From an uncultured Planctomycetia bacterium (GTDB taxonomy: Bacteria; Omnitrophota; Gorgyraeia; Duberdicusellales; 4484-171), in the NCBI GenBank assembly GCA_964635565.1, contig CAZWON010000001.1:135020-199019 (forward strand): 64,000 nt of DNA, given 5' to 3'. Below are positions 21,333 through 30,800 of this stretch, piece by piece. A program made the position numbers and the translations under genes. How positions within the stretch are numbered: position 1 is the first letter of the stretch; each line of letters starts with the position of its first letter. The notes under the pieces were generated by a model. That model was not told where the DNA came from. It did not search any database and was given only the letters and a program-made list of their open reading frames with translations.

Positions 21333-22592
21333 ATGGGAAAAACTATAATTGAAAAAATCCTCTCCTTACATGCTAAAAAATCACTTAAGGCAGGCGATAT
21401 TGGTATTTGTAAGGTTGATTTTTGTTTTTCCCAAGATGGAACAACATCTTTGGTTTTGGATGCTTTAGATAAATTCCAGAAAAAACTATCCCTCCATCGT
21501 TCTTATACGATGTTCATTGACCATAGTTCTCCTTCTCCTAATATTGGTATTTCTAAAGTCCACACTCGGATGAGAAAATTTTCTTTAGAGAAGAAAAGTA
21601 TTCTTTATGAGGTAGGTTGTGGTATTTCCCATCAACTTATTATTGAGGAAGGCTTTGCTTATCCTGGGGGCCTAATCATAGGAGCAGATTCACATACTTC
21701 CACTGCAGGAGCTTTAGGATGTGCAGCTTTTGGCGTTGGTTCTACAGATTTAGCAGTAAGCATTGTTACGGGAAAAAATTGGTTTAAAGTCCCCCATACT
21801 TATAGGATAATTCTTAAAGGAAAGATTCCTTTTGGTGTGTATAGTAAAGATATTATTCTTTATATAATCCATAAACTTACTGCCCATGGGGCTACTTACA
21901 AAGCAGTAGAATTTGAAGGAGAAGTAATCGATAGTCTGAGTTTAGATGCACGTTTTACTATTACTAATATGACTATTGAGTTTGGAGCAAAGTGTGGTAT
22001 TATTGCTCCTGATGGGAAAATTTTTAGTTTTCTAAAGAGAATAGGAGTAAAAAAAATAAAACCCGTTTATCCTGACAGAGATGCAAAATATGAAAAGACT
22101 TATGAATTTGATATTTCTAAGTTTTCTCCCTATATAGCTAAACCTCACTCTGTAGATAATGGTAGTTATTTAGAGGAAATCGAAGGATTAGATATTGATC
22201 AAGCTTATTTAGGGACTTGCACAAATGGCCGTTTAGAAGACTTAGAAATTGCTGCCAGAATAGTTAGAGGTAAGAAAGTAAATAAAAATGTGCGTTTTAT
22301 TATAGCACCTGCTTCCAAAAAGATATATTCTTCTGCCTTAAAGAAAGGAATACTGAGAGTTTTTTTAGAGGCAGGCGCTATAATCTTGCCACCAGGATGT
22401 GGGCCGTGCGTAGGTACTCATCAAGGAGTGCCTGCAGATAGAGATGTGGTGATTTCTACAGCAAACAGGAATTTTAAAGGAAGAATGGGCAACCCCCATG
22501 CCTTTATTTATTTGGCTTCTCCTGCTACAGTAGCAGCATCTGCCCTTCGAGGTAAGATAACCGACCCACGGAAGTATATTAAAAAAAGATAA
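21333..22592 (+). CDS. Aconitase-family dehydratase large subunit, LeuC/HacA-like (3-isopropylmalate, homoaconitate or cis-aconitate hydratase)
   Basis: 419 aa, the short stand-alone large-subunit size typical of archaea. Aconitase-family Fe-S ligand region (CTNGRLEDL, GCGPCVGTHQG). No SD; TATATAT lies immediately upstream of the ATG. Confidence 0.8.
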   Translation: MGKTIIEKILSLHAKKSLKAGDIGICKVDFCFSQDGTTSLVLDALDKFQKKLSLHRSYTMFIDHSSPSPNIGISKVHTRMRKFSLEKKSILYEVGCGISHQLIIEEGFAYPGGLIIGADSHTSTAGALGCAAFGVGSTDLAVSIVTGKNWFKVPHTYRIILKGKIPFGVYSKDIILYIIHKLTAHGATYKAVEFEGEVIDSLSLDARFTITNMTIEFGAKCGIIAPDGKIFSFLKRIGVKKIKPVYPDRDAKYEKTYEFDISKFSPYIAKPHSVDNGSYLEEIEGLDIDQAYLGTCTNGRLEDLEIAARIVRGKKVNKNVRFIIAPASKKIYSSALKKGILRVFLEAGAIILPPGCGPCVGTHQGVPADRDVVISTANRNFKGRMGNPHAFIYLASPATVAASALRGKITDPRKYIKKR

Positions 22593-22612
22593 TTGTAAAA
22601 AGGGAGGGAATA

Positions 22613-23662
22613 ATGATTGATATGAATTCACTTTTCAAGATGACAATGGATGAAGGGGCCAGTGATTTACATATTACGGTTAATAGTCCTCCCATATTAA
22701 GAATTGATGGTAAGTTACATTTTACAGATTTAAAGCCTTTATCGAGCGAAGATACAAAATTTCTAATTTACAGCATTCTTAATGATGAACAGAAGGCAAC
22801 TTTAGAACGTGACAAAGAGTTGGATTTTTCTTTTTCTGCTCCTGGTTTAGATAGATTTAGAATAAATGTTCATTATCAGAAGGGTAATGTAGAAGCGGCT
22901 TTTAGAAGAATTCCCTATAATATCCCTACACTTGAAGAGTTAGGGGTTCCTTTAGTAGCTTATGATTTGATAAGGAAGCCCAATGGTTTGGTTTTGGTCA
23001 CAGGTCCTACAGGTATGGGTAAAAGCACTACTTTAGCATCAATGATAGATGTTGCGAATAGTGAAAGAGAAGAGATTGTTGTGTGTATTGAAGATCCTAT
23101 TGAATATGTGCATAGTAATAAAAAAAGTATTATAAAGCAAAGAGAAGTTTATGCTGATACACATTCTTTTCCTGAAGCTTTAAGGAGGGCTTTACGCCAA
23201 GACCCCGATGTTATTGTTGTGGGAGAGATGCGTGATTTAGAGACAATTGCCACTACTTTGACAGCTGCAGAGACAGGGCATCTGGTTTTAGCAACTTTAC
23301 ATACTCCTGATGCGCCTCAGACAGTTCAGAGGATTATTGATGTTTTTCCTCCTCATCAGCAGAAACAGGTGAGGGTTCAACTTGCTGATTGTATTCAGGG
23401 AGTGATTTCTCAACTCCTTTTGCCTCGTGCTACAGGAAAAGGTAGGGTATTAGCTACAGAGGTGATGATTGCTACCCCGGGAATTCGCAACCTCATAAGA
23501 GAAGGAGAAATAGCTCAGATTCCTTCCTTAATTCAAATGGGAGCTCAATATGGGATGCATACAATGGATAAATGTCTAAAAGAGCTTTATCGAGAAGGTA
23601 TAATTACTCGTGAAGTGGCAGTAAGTAAAGTTAAAAATATTGTTGAATTTGATAATCTATAA
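22613..23662 (+). CDS. pilT: Type IV pilus retraction ATPase PilT
   Basis: 349 aa; Walker [10 protein letters not shown], Walker [11 protein letters not shown], His box ATLHT; colinear with PilT. RBS AGGGAGGG. Confidence 0.88.
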   Translation: MIDMNSLFKMTMDEGASDLHITVNSPPILRIDGKLHFTDLKPLSSEDTKFLIYSILNDEQKATLERDKELDFSFSAPGLDRFRINVHYQKGNVEAAFRRIPYNIPTLEELGVPLVAYDLIRKPNGLVLVTGPTGMGKSTTLASMIDVANSEREEIVVCIEDPIEYVHSNKKSIIKQREVYADTHSFPEALRRALRQDPDVIVVGEMRDLETIATTLTAAETGHLVLATLHTPDAPQTVQRIIDVFPPHQQKQVRVQLADCIQGVISQLLLPRATGKGRVLATEVMIATPGIRNLIREGEIAQIPSLIQMGAQYGMHTMDKCLKELYREGIITREVAVSKVKNIVEFDNL

Positions 23663-23666
23663 CTTT

Positions 23667-24170
23667 ATGATACTTAAAGGAAGAGTATTCAAATTTGGAG
23701 ATAGCATTAATACTGATTGGATAATCTCGGGAAGATATAAATTCGCTATTACTGATATGAAAGAACTTTGCCGGTATCTTTTCGAAGATATCCGGCCAAA
23801 TTTTTATAAGGAGATATCTATAGGTAGCTCTATAATAGTAGCGGGGATAAATTTTGGAATGGGTTCTTCTCGAGAGCAAGCACCGTGGGTATTAAAAGAG
23901 GCAGGTATTATCTGTGTTATTGCTAAGAGTTTCGCTCGGATATTTTACCGCAATGCTTTTAATATTGGTTTACCTCTTATTGAAGCAGATACTTCTCGTT
24001 TTAGAGAAAAAGATAACCTGGTTGTTGAAGTAGATAAAGGGATAATAAAAAGAGTAGGTGATGGGTTGGTGGTGAAATTTTCTCCCTTTGATTCTTTTCA
24101 CAAGGAATTGATAAGGTTAGGAGGAATTATTAAATATTTAAAAAAGCATCATAATTTTAAGATAAGATAG
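23667..24170 (+). CDS. Aconitase-family dehydratase small subunit, LeuD-like
   Basis: From the ATG at 23667 the protein is 167 aa ([24 protein letters not shown]...), LeuD/swivel-domain like. The track ORF starts at an upstream TTG inside pilT. Partner of the 21333 gene. Confidence 0.78.
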   Translation: MILKGRVFKFGDSINTDWIISGRYKFAITDMKELCRYLFEDIRPNFYKEISIGSSIIVAGINFGMGSSREQAPWVLKEAGIICVIAKSFARIFYRNAFNIGLPLIEADTSRFREKDNLVVEVDKGIIKRVGDGLVVKFSPFDSFHKELIRLGGIIKYLKKHHNFKIR

Positions 24171-25259
24171 ATGTATACTGTTACTGTAATTCCTGGTGAT
24201 GGCATTGGCCCAGAAGTTATTGATGCTACCTTGCAGTGTATTAATGCTTTGGGGTTAAAAATCAAATGGGAGTTTGTGCTTGCAGGAGAACCTGCTTTAA
24301 AAGAAGAAGGAGAACTTTTACCTTTGAAAACTTTAGAATCTATAAAGAAAAACAGAGTAGCTATTAAAGGTCCTATTGTTACACCAGTAGGTAGTGGGTT
24401 CCGCTCTGTTAATGTGGCTTTACGTCAGAGGTTAGATTTATTTGCTTGCGTAAGACCAGCGCATTCTATTAAAGGCATTCCTTTAGCAAAAGATAATATA
24501 GATATAATTGTGATAAGAGAAAATAGTGAGGATTTGTATGCTGGGATAGAGTTTTATAAGGGTAAAAATGATACTTTAGATGTAATTAAGAGTATTGAGA
24601 AAAACTTGGATATAGAGATAAGAAAAGACAGTGCCCTTTCTATAAAACCTATTTCTTATTCTGCCTCTCGGAGAATAATCAGGTTTGCCTTTGAGTTAGC
24701 TAAGAAAGAAAGCCGTAAGAAGGTGACTTGTGTGCACAAAGCGAATATAATGAAAGCAACCGATGGGTTATTTTTAGAGACATTTAAAGAAGTGGCTGAG
24801 GATTATCCTAATATTATTGCGGAAGATATTATTGTAGATAATCTTTCTATGCAGCTTGTTATGCGACCTCATAAGTTTGATATTTTGGTACTGCCTAATC
24901 TCTATGGAGACATTGTTTCTGATTTATGTGCAGGATTAATAGGAGGATTAGGTGTTGCTCCTGGTGCTAATATTGGAGATAACTATGCAGTTTTTGAGCC
25001 AGTTCATGGGGCTGCTCCAAAATATAAAGGGAAAAATAAAGTTAATCCCACAGCAACAGTTCTTTCTGGTGTTATGATGCTTAAGTATTTGGGAGAGATT
25101 AAATTAGCTTCTTTGTTGGAAGAGGCGGTCAGGGAGGTAATAAAAGAAGGAAAGTTTGTTACCTATGATTTAAAACTTGACCGTAATGACCTCTCTTCTA
25201 TAGGAACAAAAGAGATGGCTGAGGCAATTATAGAGAAGATAAAGAAACTGAAGGGGTAA
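24171..25259 (+). CDS. Isocitrate / homoisocitrate / isopropylmalate dehydrogenase family enzyme (IDH-type substrate motif)
   Basis: 362 aa beta-decarboxylating dehydrogenase. GFRSVNVALRQRLDLFACVRP carries the S-x-N pattern seen in isocitrate-type enzymes rather than the E..L pattern of LeuB; NLYGDIVSDL metal site. Confidence 0.8.
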   Translation: MYTVTVIPGDGIGPEVIDATLQCINALGLKIKWEFVLAGEPALKEEGELLPLKTLESIKKNRVAIKGPIVTPVGSGFRSVNVALRQRLDLFACVRPAHSIKGIPLAKDNIDIIVIRENSEDLYAGIEFYKGKNDTLDVIKSIEKNLDIEIRKDSALSIKPISYSASRRIIRFAFELAKKESRKKVTCVHKANIMKATDGLFLETFKEVAEDYPNIIAEDIIVDNLSMQLVMRPHKFDILVLPNLYGDIVSDLCAGLIGGLGVAPGANIGDNYAVFEPVHGAAPKYKGKNKVNPTATVLSGVMMLKYLGEIKLASLLEEAVREVIKEGKFVTYDLKLDRNDLSSIGTKEMAEAIIEKIKKLKG

Positions 25260-25263
25260 ATTA

Positions 25264-26181
25264 GTGGTTAAGAAGATTTCTGTAGTTGGAAGTGGTGCAG
25301 TAGGAAGTAGTGTAGCCTTTCATATTTTAGCTGGTTTAGATATAAAAGAGTTAGTATTAGTTGATATTGTGGGTTCGTTGGCTAAGGGTGTGGCATTAGA
25401 TTTGGAAGATACACGAGTTTTTCTTAAATTCAATACCAATATTTTAGGAACTTCTAATATAAGTCATATAAGAGACTCCGATATTGTTGTGATTACTTCA
25501 GGAATTCCTCGTAGAGGGGGAATGACACGGTATGATTTGTTTAGGACAAATAGTAAAATTGTTATTGACATAGCAAAGAAAATAAAGCGGTTTGCTCCTA
25601 CTTCTGTAATAATTGTAGTAACAAATCCTTTAGATGCGATGACTTATGTTGTTAATAAATATAGTGGTTTTAATCGTTTTCGCATAATGGGTATGGGCTC
25701 ATCTTTGGATTCAGCACGTTTTCTTAATTTAGTTCATAAAGAGATAAAAGTATCTTCTTCTAATATAGAGACTTTTGTTTGTGGTCTTCACAGTAAAGAT
25801 ATGATACCTATTGTTTCTCTTTCACGTATTAAAGGTGTTCCTTTAGGCTTTTTTTTATCTTCTCAAAAAATAGAGAAAATAGTTCAGAGAGTAAAAGAAC
25901 GTGGCAAGGAAATTGTAAGTTTTCTTAAAAATAGAAGTGCTTTTTTTGCTCCTTCATTAAGTTGCTACAATTTGATAGAAGCAATTGTTAAGAATAAAAA
26001 TGAAATTATTTGTGTATCAGTATTGCTTAAGGGGGAATATGGTTTAAGTAATGTGTGTTTAGGGGTTCCCTGTGTTATCAACAGAAAAGGAATAGAGAGG
26101 GTTATTGAGTTTGAGCTTTCTTTTGAGGAGGAAAAAAGTCTAAAGAAACTAAAAGAAATATTTTGGGAATGTATGAAGTAG
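25264..26181 (+). CDS. mdh: Malate dehydrogenase (LDH-like MDH family)
   Basis: 305 aa; GTG start; Rossmann GSGAVGSS; GIPRRGGMTR has the substrate-discriminating Arg of MDHs; catalytic His present (CGLHS). Confidence 0.8.
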   Translation: MVKKISVVGSGAVGSSVAFHILAGLDIKELVLVDIVGSLAKGVALDLEDTRVFLKFNTNILGTSNISHIRDSDIVVITSGIPRRGGMTRYDLFRTNSKIVIDIAKKIKRFAPTSVIIVVTNPLDAMTYVVNKYSGFNRFRIMGMGSSLDSARFLNLVHKEIKVSSSNIETFVCGLHSKDMIPIVSLSRIKGVPLGFFLSSQKIEKIVQRVKERGKEIVSFLKNRSAFFAPSLSCYNLIEAIVKNKNEIICVSVLLKGEYGLSNVCLGVPCVINRKGIERVIEFELSFEEEKSLKKLKEIFWECMK

Positions 26182-27407
26182 CAATTATTGGTGCAGGACC
26201 AGCAGGTATTGAGGCAGCAAAAAGCACTTTTTTTTATAAATTAAAAAGCATTCTTATTGAAAAAAGTTATGGACATTTTGGAGGGGTCTGTCTTAATGAA
26301 GGATGTATTCCTGCCAAATATTATCTTAACGCTTCTTCTTATAATTTAGAGTTAGAAGTCCTATATCAAAAGAAAAATCATATAATAGATTCTATAAAGG
26401 AGGATGCCTTAAGCTATTTACAAAAAAAAGGGATTGAGATTATATGGGGAAAAGCACAGTTATATAATGAGCATAAGATAAAGATAGAGGAGAAAATAAT
26501 AGAGGCAAAGAATATTATTGTTGCTGTTGGTTCAAATCCTTTTGAGCTAATTAAGGTAGATAGAAAAAGAGTGTTTTTTGCTGAAGATATTTTTGCCTTA
26601 ACCAATATTCCTCAAAAGATTCTTATTGTAGGAGCAGGGGCGGTAGGGCTTGAGATTGCCTGTCTTTTGCATAATCTAAAAAGAGATGTTCTTGTTATTG
26701 AAAAAGAGGAGAGGATTCTCCCTACGTTTGACAGATTTTTAAGCAATCGTTTAAGAATTATTTTAGAAAGAAAGGGAATTAAGATACGGCTTAAGGAGAA
26801 TATTACCAATTATAATATAGATGATTTTGATATGGTTCTTTTAGCTACAGGAAGAGTGCCTAATATTAATGATTTGGGTGCAGATAAAATAGGAATATCC
26901 ATGAATGGAGAGTGGATTAATGTAGATATGTATCTGAAGACAAAAATTAGTAATATTTATGCTGCGGGGGATATAACAGGTAATAAATTATTAGCCTGTG
27001 TAGCTGAAGCAGAGGGAAAAGTTGCAGTAGATAATATAGTTGGTAATCAGAGAAAATTGGATCTTGTAGGTTTACCTGAATGTGTATTTACTTACCCCCA
27101 GTTATCTTCCGTGGGTATTTTAGAGGAAGAAGCAGAGAAAAGAAACATAAAGTACAATATAATAAAATCAAATTTCCTTAAATTTTCCTCTTCTTATGTA
27201 TATTCGGATACTGACGGATTCATAGAGATTTTGTTTGATGAGAATGAAAATATTTTAGGAGCAGGTATTATCTCTCTTAAGGCAAGTGAGCTTATAAGTA
27301 TTCTTTCTTTAGCTATAAGAAGTTCTCTTAAAATCGGTCAATTAAAAAAAGCTACTTTTATTCATCCTACCCTTTCAGAAATAATCAGCAAGTCTCTAAG
27401 AATGTAA
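26169..27407 (+). CDS. Class I pyridine nucleotide-disulfide oxidoreductase (dihydrolipoamide dehydrogenase-like, compact)
   Basis: About 412 aa from the ATG at 26169 (the track uses an upstream TTG at 26163). FAD site GAGPAG, redox-active disulfide GGVCLNEGCIPAK, C-terminal HPTLSE His-Glu dyad. Shorter than canonical Lpd. Confidence 0.7.
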   Translation: MYEVAIIGAGPAGIEAAKSTFFYKLKSILIEKSYGHFGGVCLNEGCIPAKYYLNASSYNLELEVLYQKKNHIIDSIKEDALSYLQKKGIEIIWGKAQLYNEHKIKIEEKIIEAKNIIVAVGSNPFELIKVDRKRVFFAEDIFALTNIPQKILIVGAGAVGLEIACLLHNLKRDVLVIEKEERILPTFDRFLSNRLRIILERKGIKIRLKENITNYNIDDFDMVLLATGRVPNINDLGADKIGISMNGEWINVDMYLKTKISNIYAAGDITGNKLLACVAEAEGKVAVDNIVGNQRKLDLVGLPECVFTYPQLSSVGILEEEAEKRNIKYNIIKSNFLKFSSSYVYSDTDGFIEILFDENENILGAGIISLKASELISILSLAIRSSLKIGQLKKATFIHPTLSEIISKSLRM

Positions 27408-27678
27408 AATGTAATCTTATGAGTTCAAATAGGGAAAATGTTCATAATTTCCTTGCTAATATCTTTACGTAGTGGTATTCTTGTAGTTGGCATGGAATAT
27501 CCTTTGAGTTATGGGAATAGTATTTATTCTTTTTAAGGTAAATTTAATTATAATATATTTCTTGTAGGATGCTCCATGCCATTTAAAATTTTTAGATATT
27601 CTGAATACCAATTAAATTTATAAAGTAGATTCTAAATTTGGCTGTATTCAGCTTATAAAAAGCAATCCTAACACAATT

Positions 27679-28755
27679 ATGTTAAGATTAGATAATTATA
27701 AAACATTAATTATCTGTATAATTATATTAAATATAATTAGTTTAACCTCTTTATATAGTAGCCTTCATCAAGGGGGAGAATTTAAGCATAGAAATATTTT
27801 TTATAGACAAATATTATGGATAGCAATTTTTTGGGTAACTCTTTATATATTTTCTTTTATAAATTATAGATTTTACTTTGACGCAAGTTTTCTTATTTAT
27901 GGATTGAGCATTATTTTTTTAATAGCGGTTAAATTATTCGGTAAAGAGATTATGGGTGCTCAACGGTGGTTTTCTTTTTTTGGCATTAGTTTTCAGCCTT
28001 CAGAGTTTTCCAAATTAGCAATTGTTTTACTTCTTTCCCGTTTATTTTGCGAGAAAAACTTTTCAAGGGGATTTTTCAGTAGCATGATGCCTTCTTTATT
28101 TTTTGTTTCTTTAAGTTCTTTTTTAGTATTTAAACAGCCTGATTTAGGCACAGCAGGTATGCTATTTTTCATTTTTTTCATTATGGGGCTATTTTCTAAG
28201 ATAAAAAAAAGATATTTTATTGCTATAATCATAGTAGGCATTATTTTTATACCCTTGGGGTGGAATTTTCTTAAGGATTATCAGAAAAAAAGAATAACAG
28301 TATTTATCAATCCTAATGTTGATCCTTTGGGAGCAGGATATACAATTATTCAGTCAAAAATTGCTGTTGGTTCGGGGAGACTTGTAGGCAAAGGGTTTCT
28401 TTCAGGAACACAAAATCAGTTTAATTTTCTTCCTGAAAGACACACTGATTTTATCTTTACCGTTGTGGCTGAAGAGTTTGGGTTTTTAGGTTGTTTTTTT
28501 CTTTTGTCTATGTATTTTCTTATTCTAAGAGTAATCTATAAAAAGATTGAACACATAAAAGATGATTTTGCTCAGTTTCTCTGTGTAGGGATATATTCTA
28601 TAATCTTTTTACATGTTTTTATCAACATAGCAATGACAATAGGATTTGTTCCTGTAGTAGGCCTTCCTCTTTTGTTGCTTAGTTATGGGGGGACACACCT
28701 TATAATTACCGCTATCCTTTTAGGTATCTTTTTGAATATAAATCGCCAATGGTAG
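27679..28755 (+). CDS. SEDS-family peptidoglycan glycosyltransferase (RodA/FtsW)
   Basis: 358 aa polytopic membrane protein with SEDS-family sequence character; follows a 271-nt intergenic region. Confidence 0.8.
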   Translation: MLRLDNYKTLIICIIILNIISLTSLYSSLHQGGEFKHRNIFYRQILWIAIFWVTLYIFSFINYRFYFDASFLIYGLSIIFLIAVKLFGKEIMGAQRWFSFFGISFQPSEFSKLAIVLLLSRLFCEKNFSRGFFSSMMPSLFFVSLSSFLVFKQPDLGTAGMLFFIFFIMGLFSKIKKRYFIAIIIVGIIFIPLGWNFLKDYQKKRITVFINPNVDPLGAGYTIIQSKIAVGSGRLVGKGFLSGTQNQFNFLPERHTDFIFTVVAEEFGFLGCFFLLSMYFLILRVIYKKIEHIKDDFAQFLCVGIYSIIFLHVFINIAMTIGFVPVVGLPLLLLSYGGTHLIITAILLGIFLNINRQW

Positions 28756-30386
28756 ATTGGATAAATTTTAAAAAGCCCCAGCGCTATCTTGATGGGGAAT
28801 GGAATGTTGTTAAAAAAAATCCTAAAGGGAAAATTAAAGTATGCCTTTGTTATCCTAGTTTTTATGAAGTAGGAATGAGCAATTTAGGAATAAGGATAGT
28901 ATATGCTTTGCTGAATAGTTTCAGTGATATTGTATGCGAAAGAGTATTTATGCCCGATACAGATTATTTCTCCTATTTGAAAAGCAAGAAGAAAAAGTTA
29001 TGTTCTTTAGAGAGCTCTTTGCCTTTGAAAGATTTTGATGTTATTGGGTTTAATCTAAGCTATGAGCTTAATTATATTAATGTTTTGGCGATACTTGATT
29101 TGGGAGGAGTTTGTGTATATGCCTCAGAAAGAAAAGATATTATTGTAGTAGGAGGGGGTATAGCAAATCCAGAAAGTATGGCAGATTTTATTGACGTATT
29201 TATTCTGGGAGAGTTTGAGGAGATAGCAGAGGATTTTGTAGAAATAATGCGGCGGTATAAAAGAAAAGAAGAAAGATTAAAAGCATTTTCAGAGAGAGAA
29301 GGTTTTTATGTCCCTTCTTTTTATAATGTTTATACTAAGGGAGTAAATTATGTAGTGGAGAAGAATTATCGGTATGCCAGGTATCCTCTTTCGAGAGTAT
29401 ATGTGAGTAACTTAAATAATATATTTTTTCCTATAAAATGGCTTACTCCTCATACAAGAATTGTTCATGACCGTGTTCAAGTTGAGATTGCCCGCGGTTG
29501 TCCTAACCAGTGTTTTTTCTGTCAGGCAAGATGTCTTTATTTCCCCTATAGAGAAAGAAAGCCACAGATAGTTTATGACTTAATCAGAAAAATTTATGAA
29601 AATAGCGGTTATGAAAATTTCTCTCTTTTAGCTCTTTCAGCTTCTGATTATTCTTCTATAGAGGAGCTTATTACAGAATTAACCCCTTATCTTAACAAGC
29701 ATAGAATAGGGATTTCTTTACCTTCCTTACGAGTAGAAGATATAGTTGTAGGAAAATTATGCACTTTGCTTAACAAAATAAAGAAAGTATCTGTGACATT
29801 TGCTATAGAAGCTGCTACAGAGTCTTTAAGAAGGAGAATAAACAAAAAAGTAGATATCAATAAGATTATAGAGGCGGCGAATATTTTACGAAAATTACAT
29901 TACAGACATATTAAGCTATATTTTATGTTTGGCTTGCCTTATGAGGATTATGAGGATCTTAAAGCAATAGGTGTGTTTGTTAAAAATCTTAGAAACGATT
30001 GTCATATGAATATTCATCTTAGTATTAATATTTTTGTACCCAAGCCTTTTTCTTATTTTGAGAATATAGAGATGGAAAAAGAAAGCGAACTTTTAAAGAA
30101 GAAAAAGTTTATTCTTGCCGATATTCTTCGTATTCCTGGGGTTAAAATTTCTATTTCCAATGTTAAAAAGAGTATTCTTGAAGCTATAATTTCCCGGGGA
30201 GACAGAAGGCTGTCTTCTGTTATATATAGTGTGTTTAAGAAGAAAATAATTTGTGGTTTTTATGAAGAAAGGACAGATTTTAAATTATGGGAGAGTTCTT
30301 TTAAAGAAAATAATATTGATTATTATGATTATTTTATTAAAAGAGATGTTTATAGCTGGTCTCATACTGGAAGTTTAAAAAAATAA
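28749..30386 (+). CDS. Radical SAM protein with N-terminal B12-binding-like domain (TIGR03960-like family)
   Basis: 545 aa; CPNQCFFC (C-x3-C-x2-C) radical-SAM motif. The N-terminus (KVCLCYPSFYEVGMSNLGIRIVY) is typical of this family. Overlaps the SEDS gene stop (ATGGTAG coupling). Confidence 0.75.
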   Translation: MVDWINFKKPQRYLDGEWNVVKKNPKGKIKVCLCYPSFYEVGMSNLGIRIVYALLNSFSDIVCERVFMPDTDYFSYLKSKKKKLCSLESSLPLKDFDVIGFNLSYELNYINVLAILDLGGVCVYASERKDIIVVGGGIANPESMADFIDVFILGEFEEIAEDFVEIMRRYKRKEERLKAFSEREGFYVPSFYNVYTKGVNYVVEKNYRYARYPLSRVYVSNLNNIFFPIKWLTPHTRIVHDRVQVEIARGCPNQCFFCQARCLYFPYRERKPQIVYDLIRKIYENSGYENFSLLALSASDYSSIEELITELTPYLNKHRIGISLPSLRVEDIVVGKLCTLLNKIKKVSVTFAIEAATESLRRRINKKVDINKIIEAANILRKLHYRHIKLYFMFGLPYEDYEDLKAIGVFVKNLRNDCHMNIHLSINIFVPKPFSYFENIEMEKESELLKKKKFILADILRIPGVKISISNVKKSILEAIISRGDRRLSSVIYSVFKKKIICGFYEERTDFKLWESSFKENNIDYYDYFIKRDVYSWSHTGSLKK

Positions 30387-30388
30387 GT

Positions 30389-30700
30389 ATGAATAACAAA
30401 AAGTATAAAATAAGAGTAATTTTAAATAAAAAAGGGAACATGCGCTATTTTTCTCAGTTAGACCTTCTCAAGATTATTGAACGGGCAATGCGTAGAGCCC
30501 AGCTTCCCTTATATTTTACCCAGGGGTTTAATCCCCATCCCAAGATGAGCTTTGGTAGGGCCTTAAAGGTGGGTAGAGAAGGCAAAATAGAAGTGAGTTT
30601 GTATTTTAAAAAGGATATTTTACCCCCTTTGTTGAAAAAAACGCTTTCTGAACAATTTCCTTTAGGGTTAGAAATTGTTAAGGTTGAAAAGATAATATAA
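30389..30700 (+). CDS. DUF2344 (TIGR03936-like) domain protein, short
   Basis: 103 aa. RYFSQLDLLKIIERAMRRAQLPLYFTQGFNPHPKMSFGRAL resembles the N-terminal half of the DUF2344 protein usually paired with or fused to the TIGR03960 radical SAM. Confidence 0.6.
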   Translation: MNNKKYKIRVILNKKGNMRYFSQLDLLKIIERAMRRAQLPLYFTQGFNPHPKMSFGRALKVGREGKIEVSLYFKKDILPPLLKKTLSEQFPLGLEIVKVEKII

Positions 30701-30800
30701 CTTCTTTCGCAAAAAGGACATTTTCAGTAAAACACATTTTTATAGCTTGCCTGAGATAATTAAGTACTATGCGAGTTTTTTTATTCGTAGTTATGCTTTT

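Noticed and set aside
23640-23666. Track ORF start (TTG at 23640) for the LeuD-like gene and the antisense ORF 23631-23879
   Set aside because: The TTG start lies inside the end of pilT. The ATG at 23667 directly after the pilT stop gives a LeuD-like N-terminus. The antisense ORF spans the pilT/leuD junction with no support.
27420-27440. tRNA T-loop-like GAGTTCAAAT in the 271-nt intergenic region
   Set aside because: No acceptor stem, D-arm or anticodon arm can be built around it, and it begins only 13 nt after the upstream stop codon. Judged a chance match.
30760-30800. Possible bidirectional terminator hairpin (TTATTCG...CGAATAA) between convergent genes
   Set aside because: The stem is 7 bp, entirely AT-rich, with a ~16-nt loop and no flanking U-tract in the right position. 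Too weak to call.
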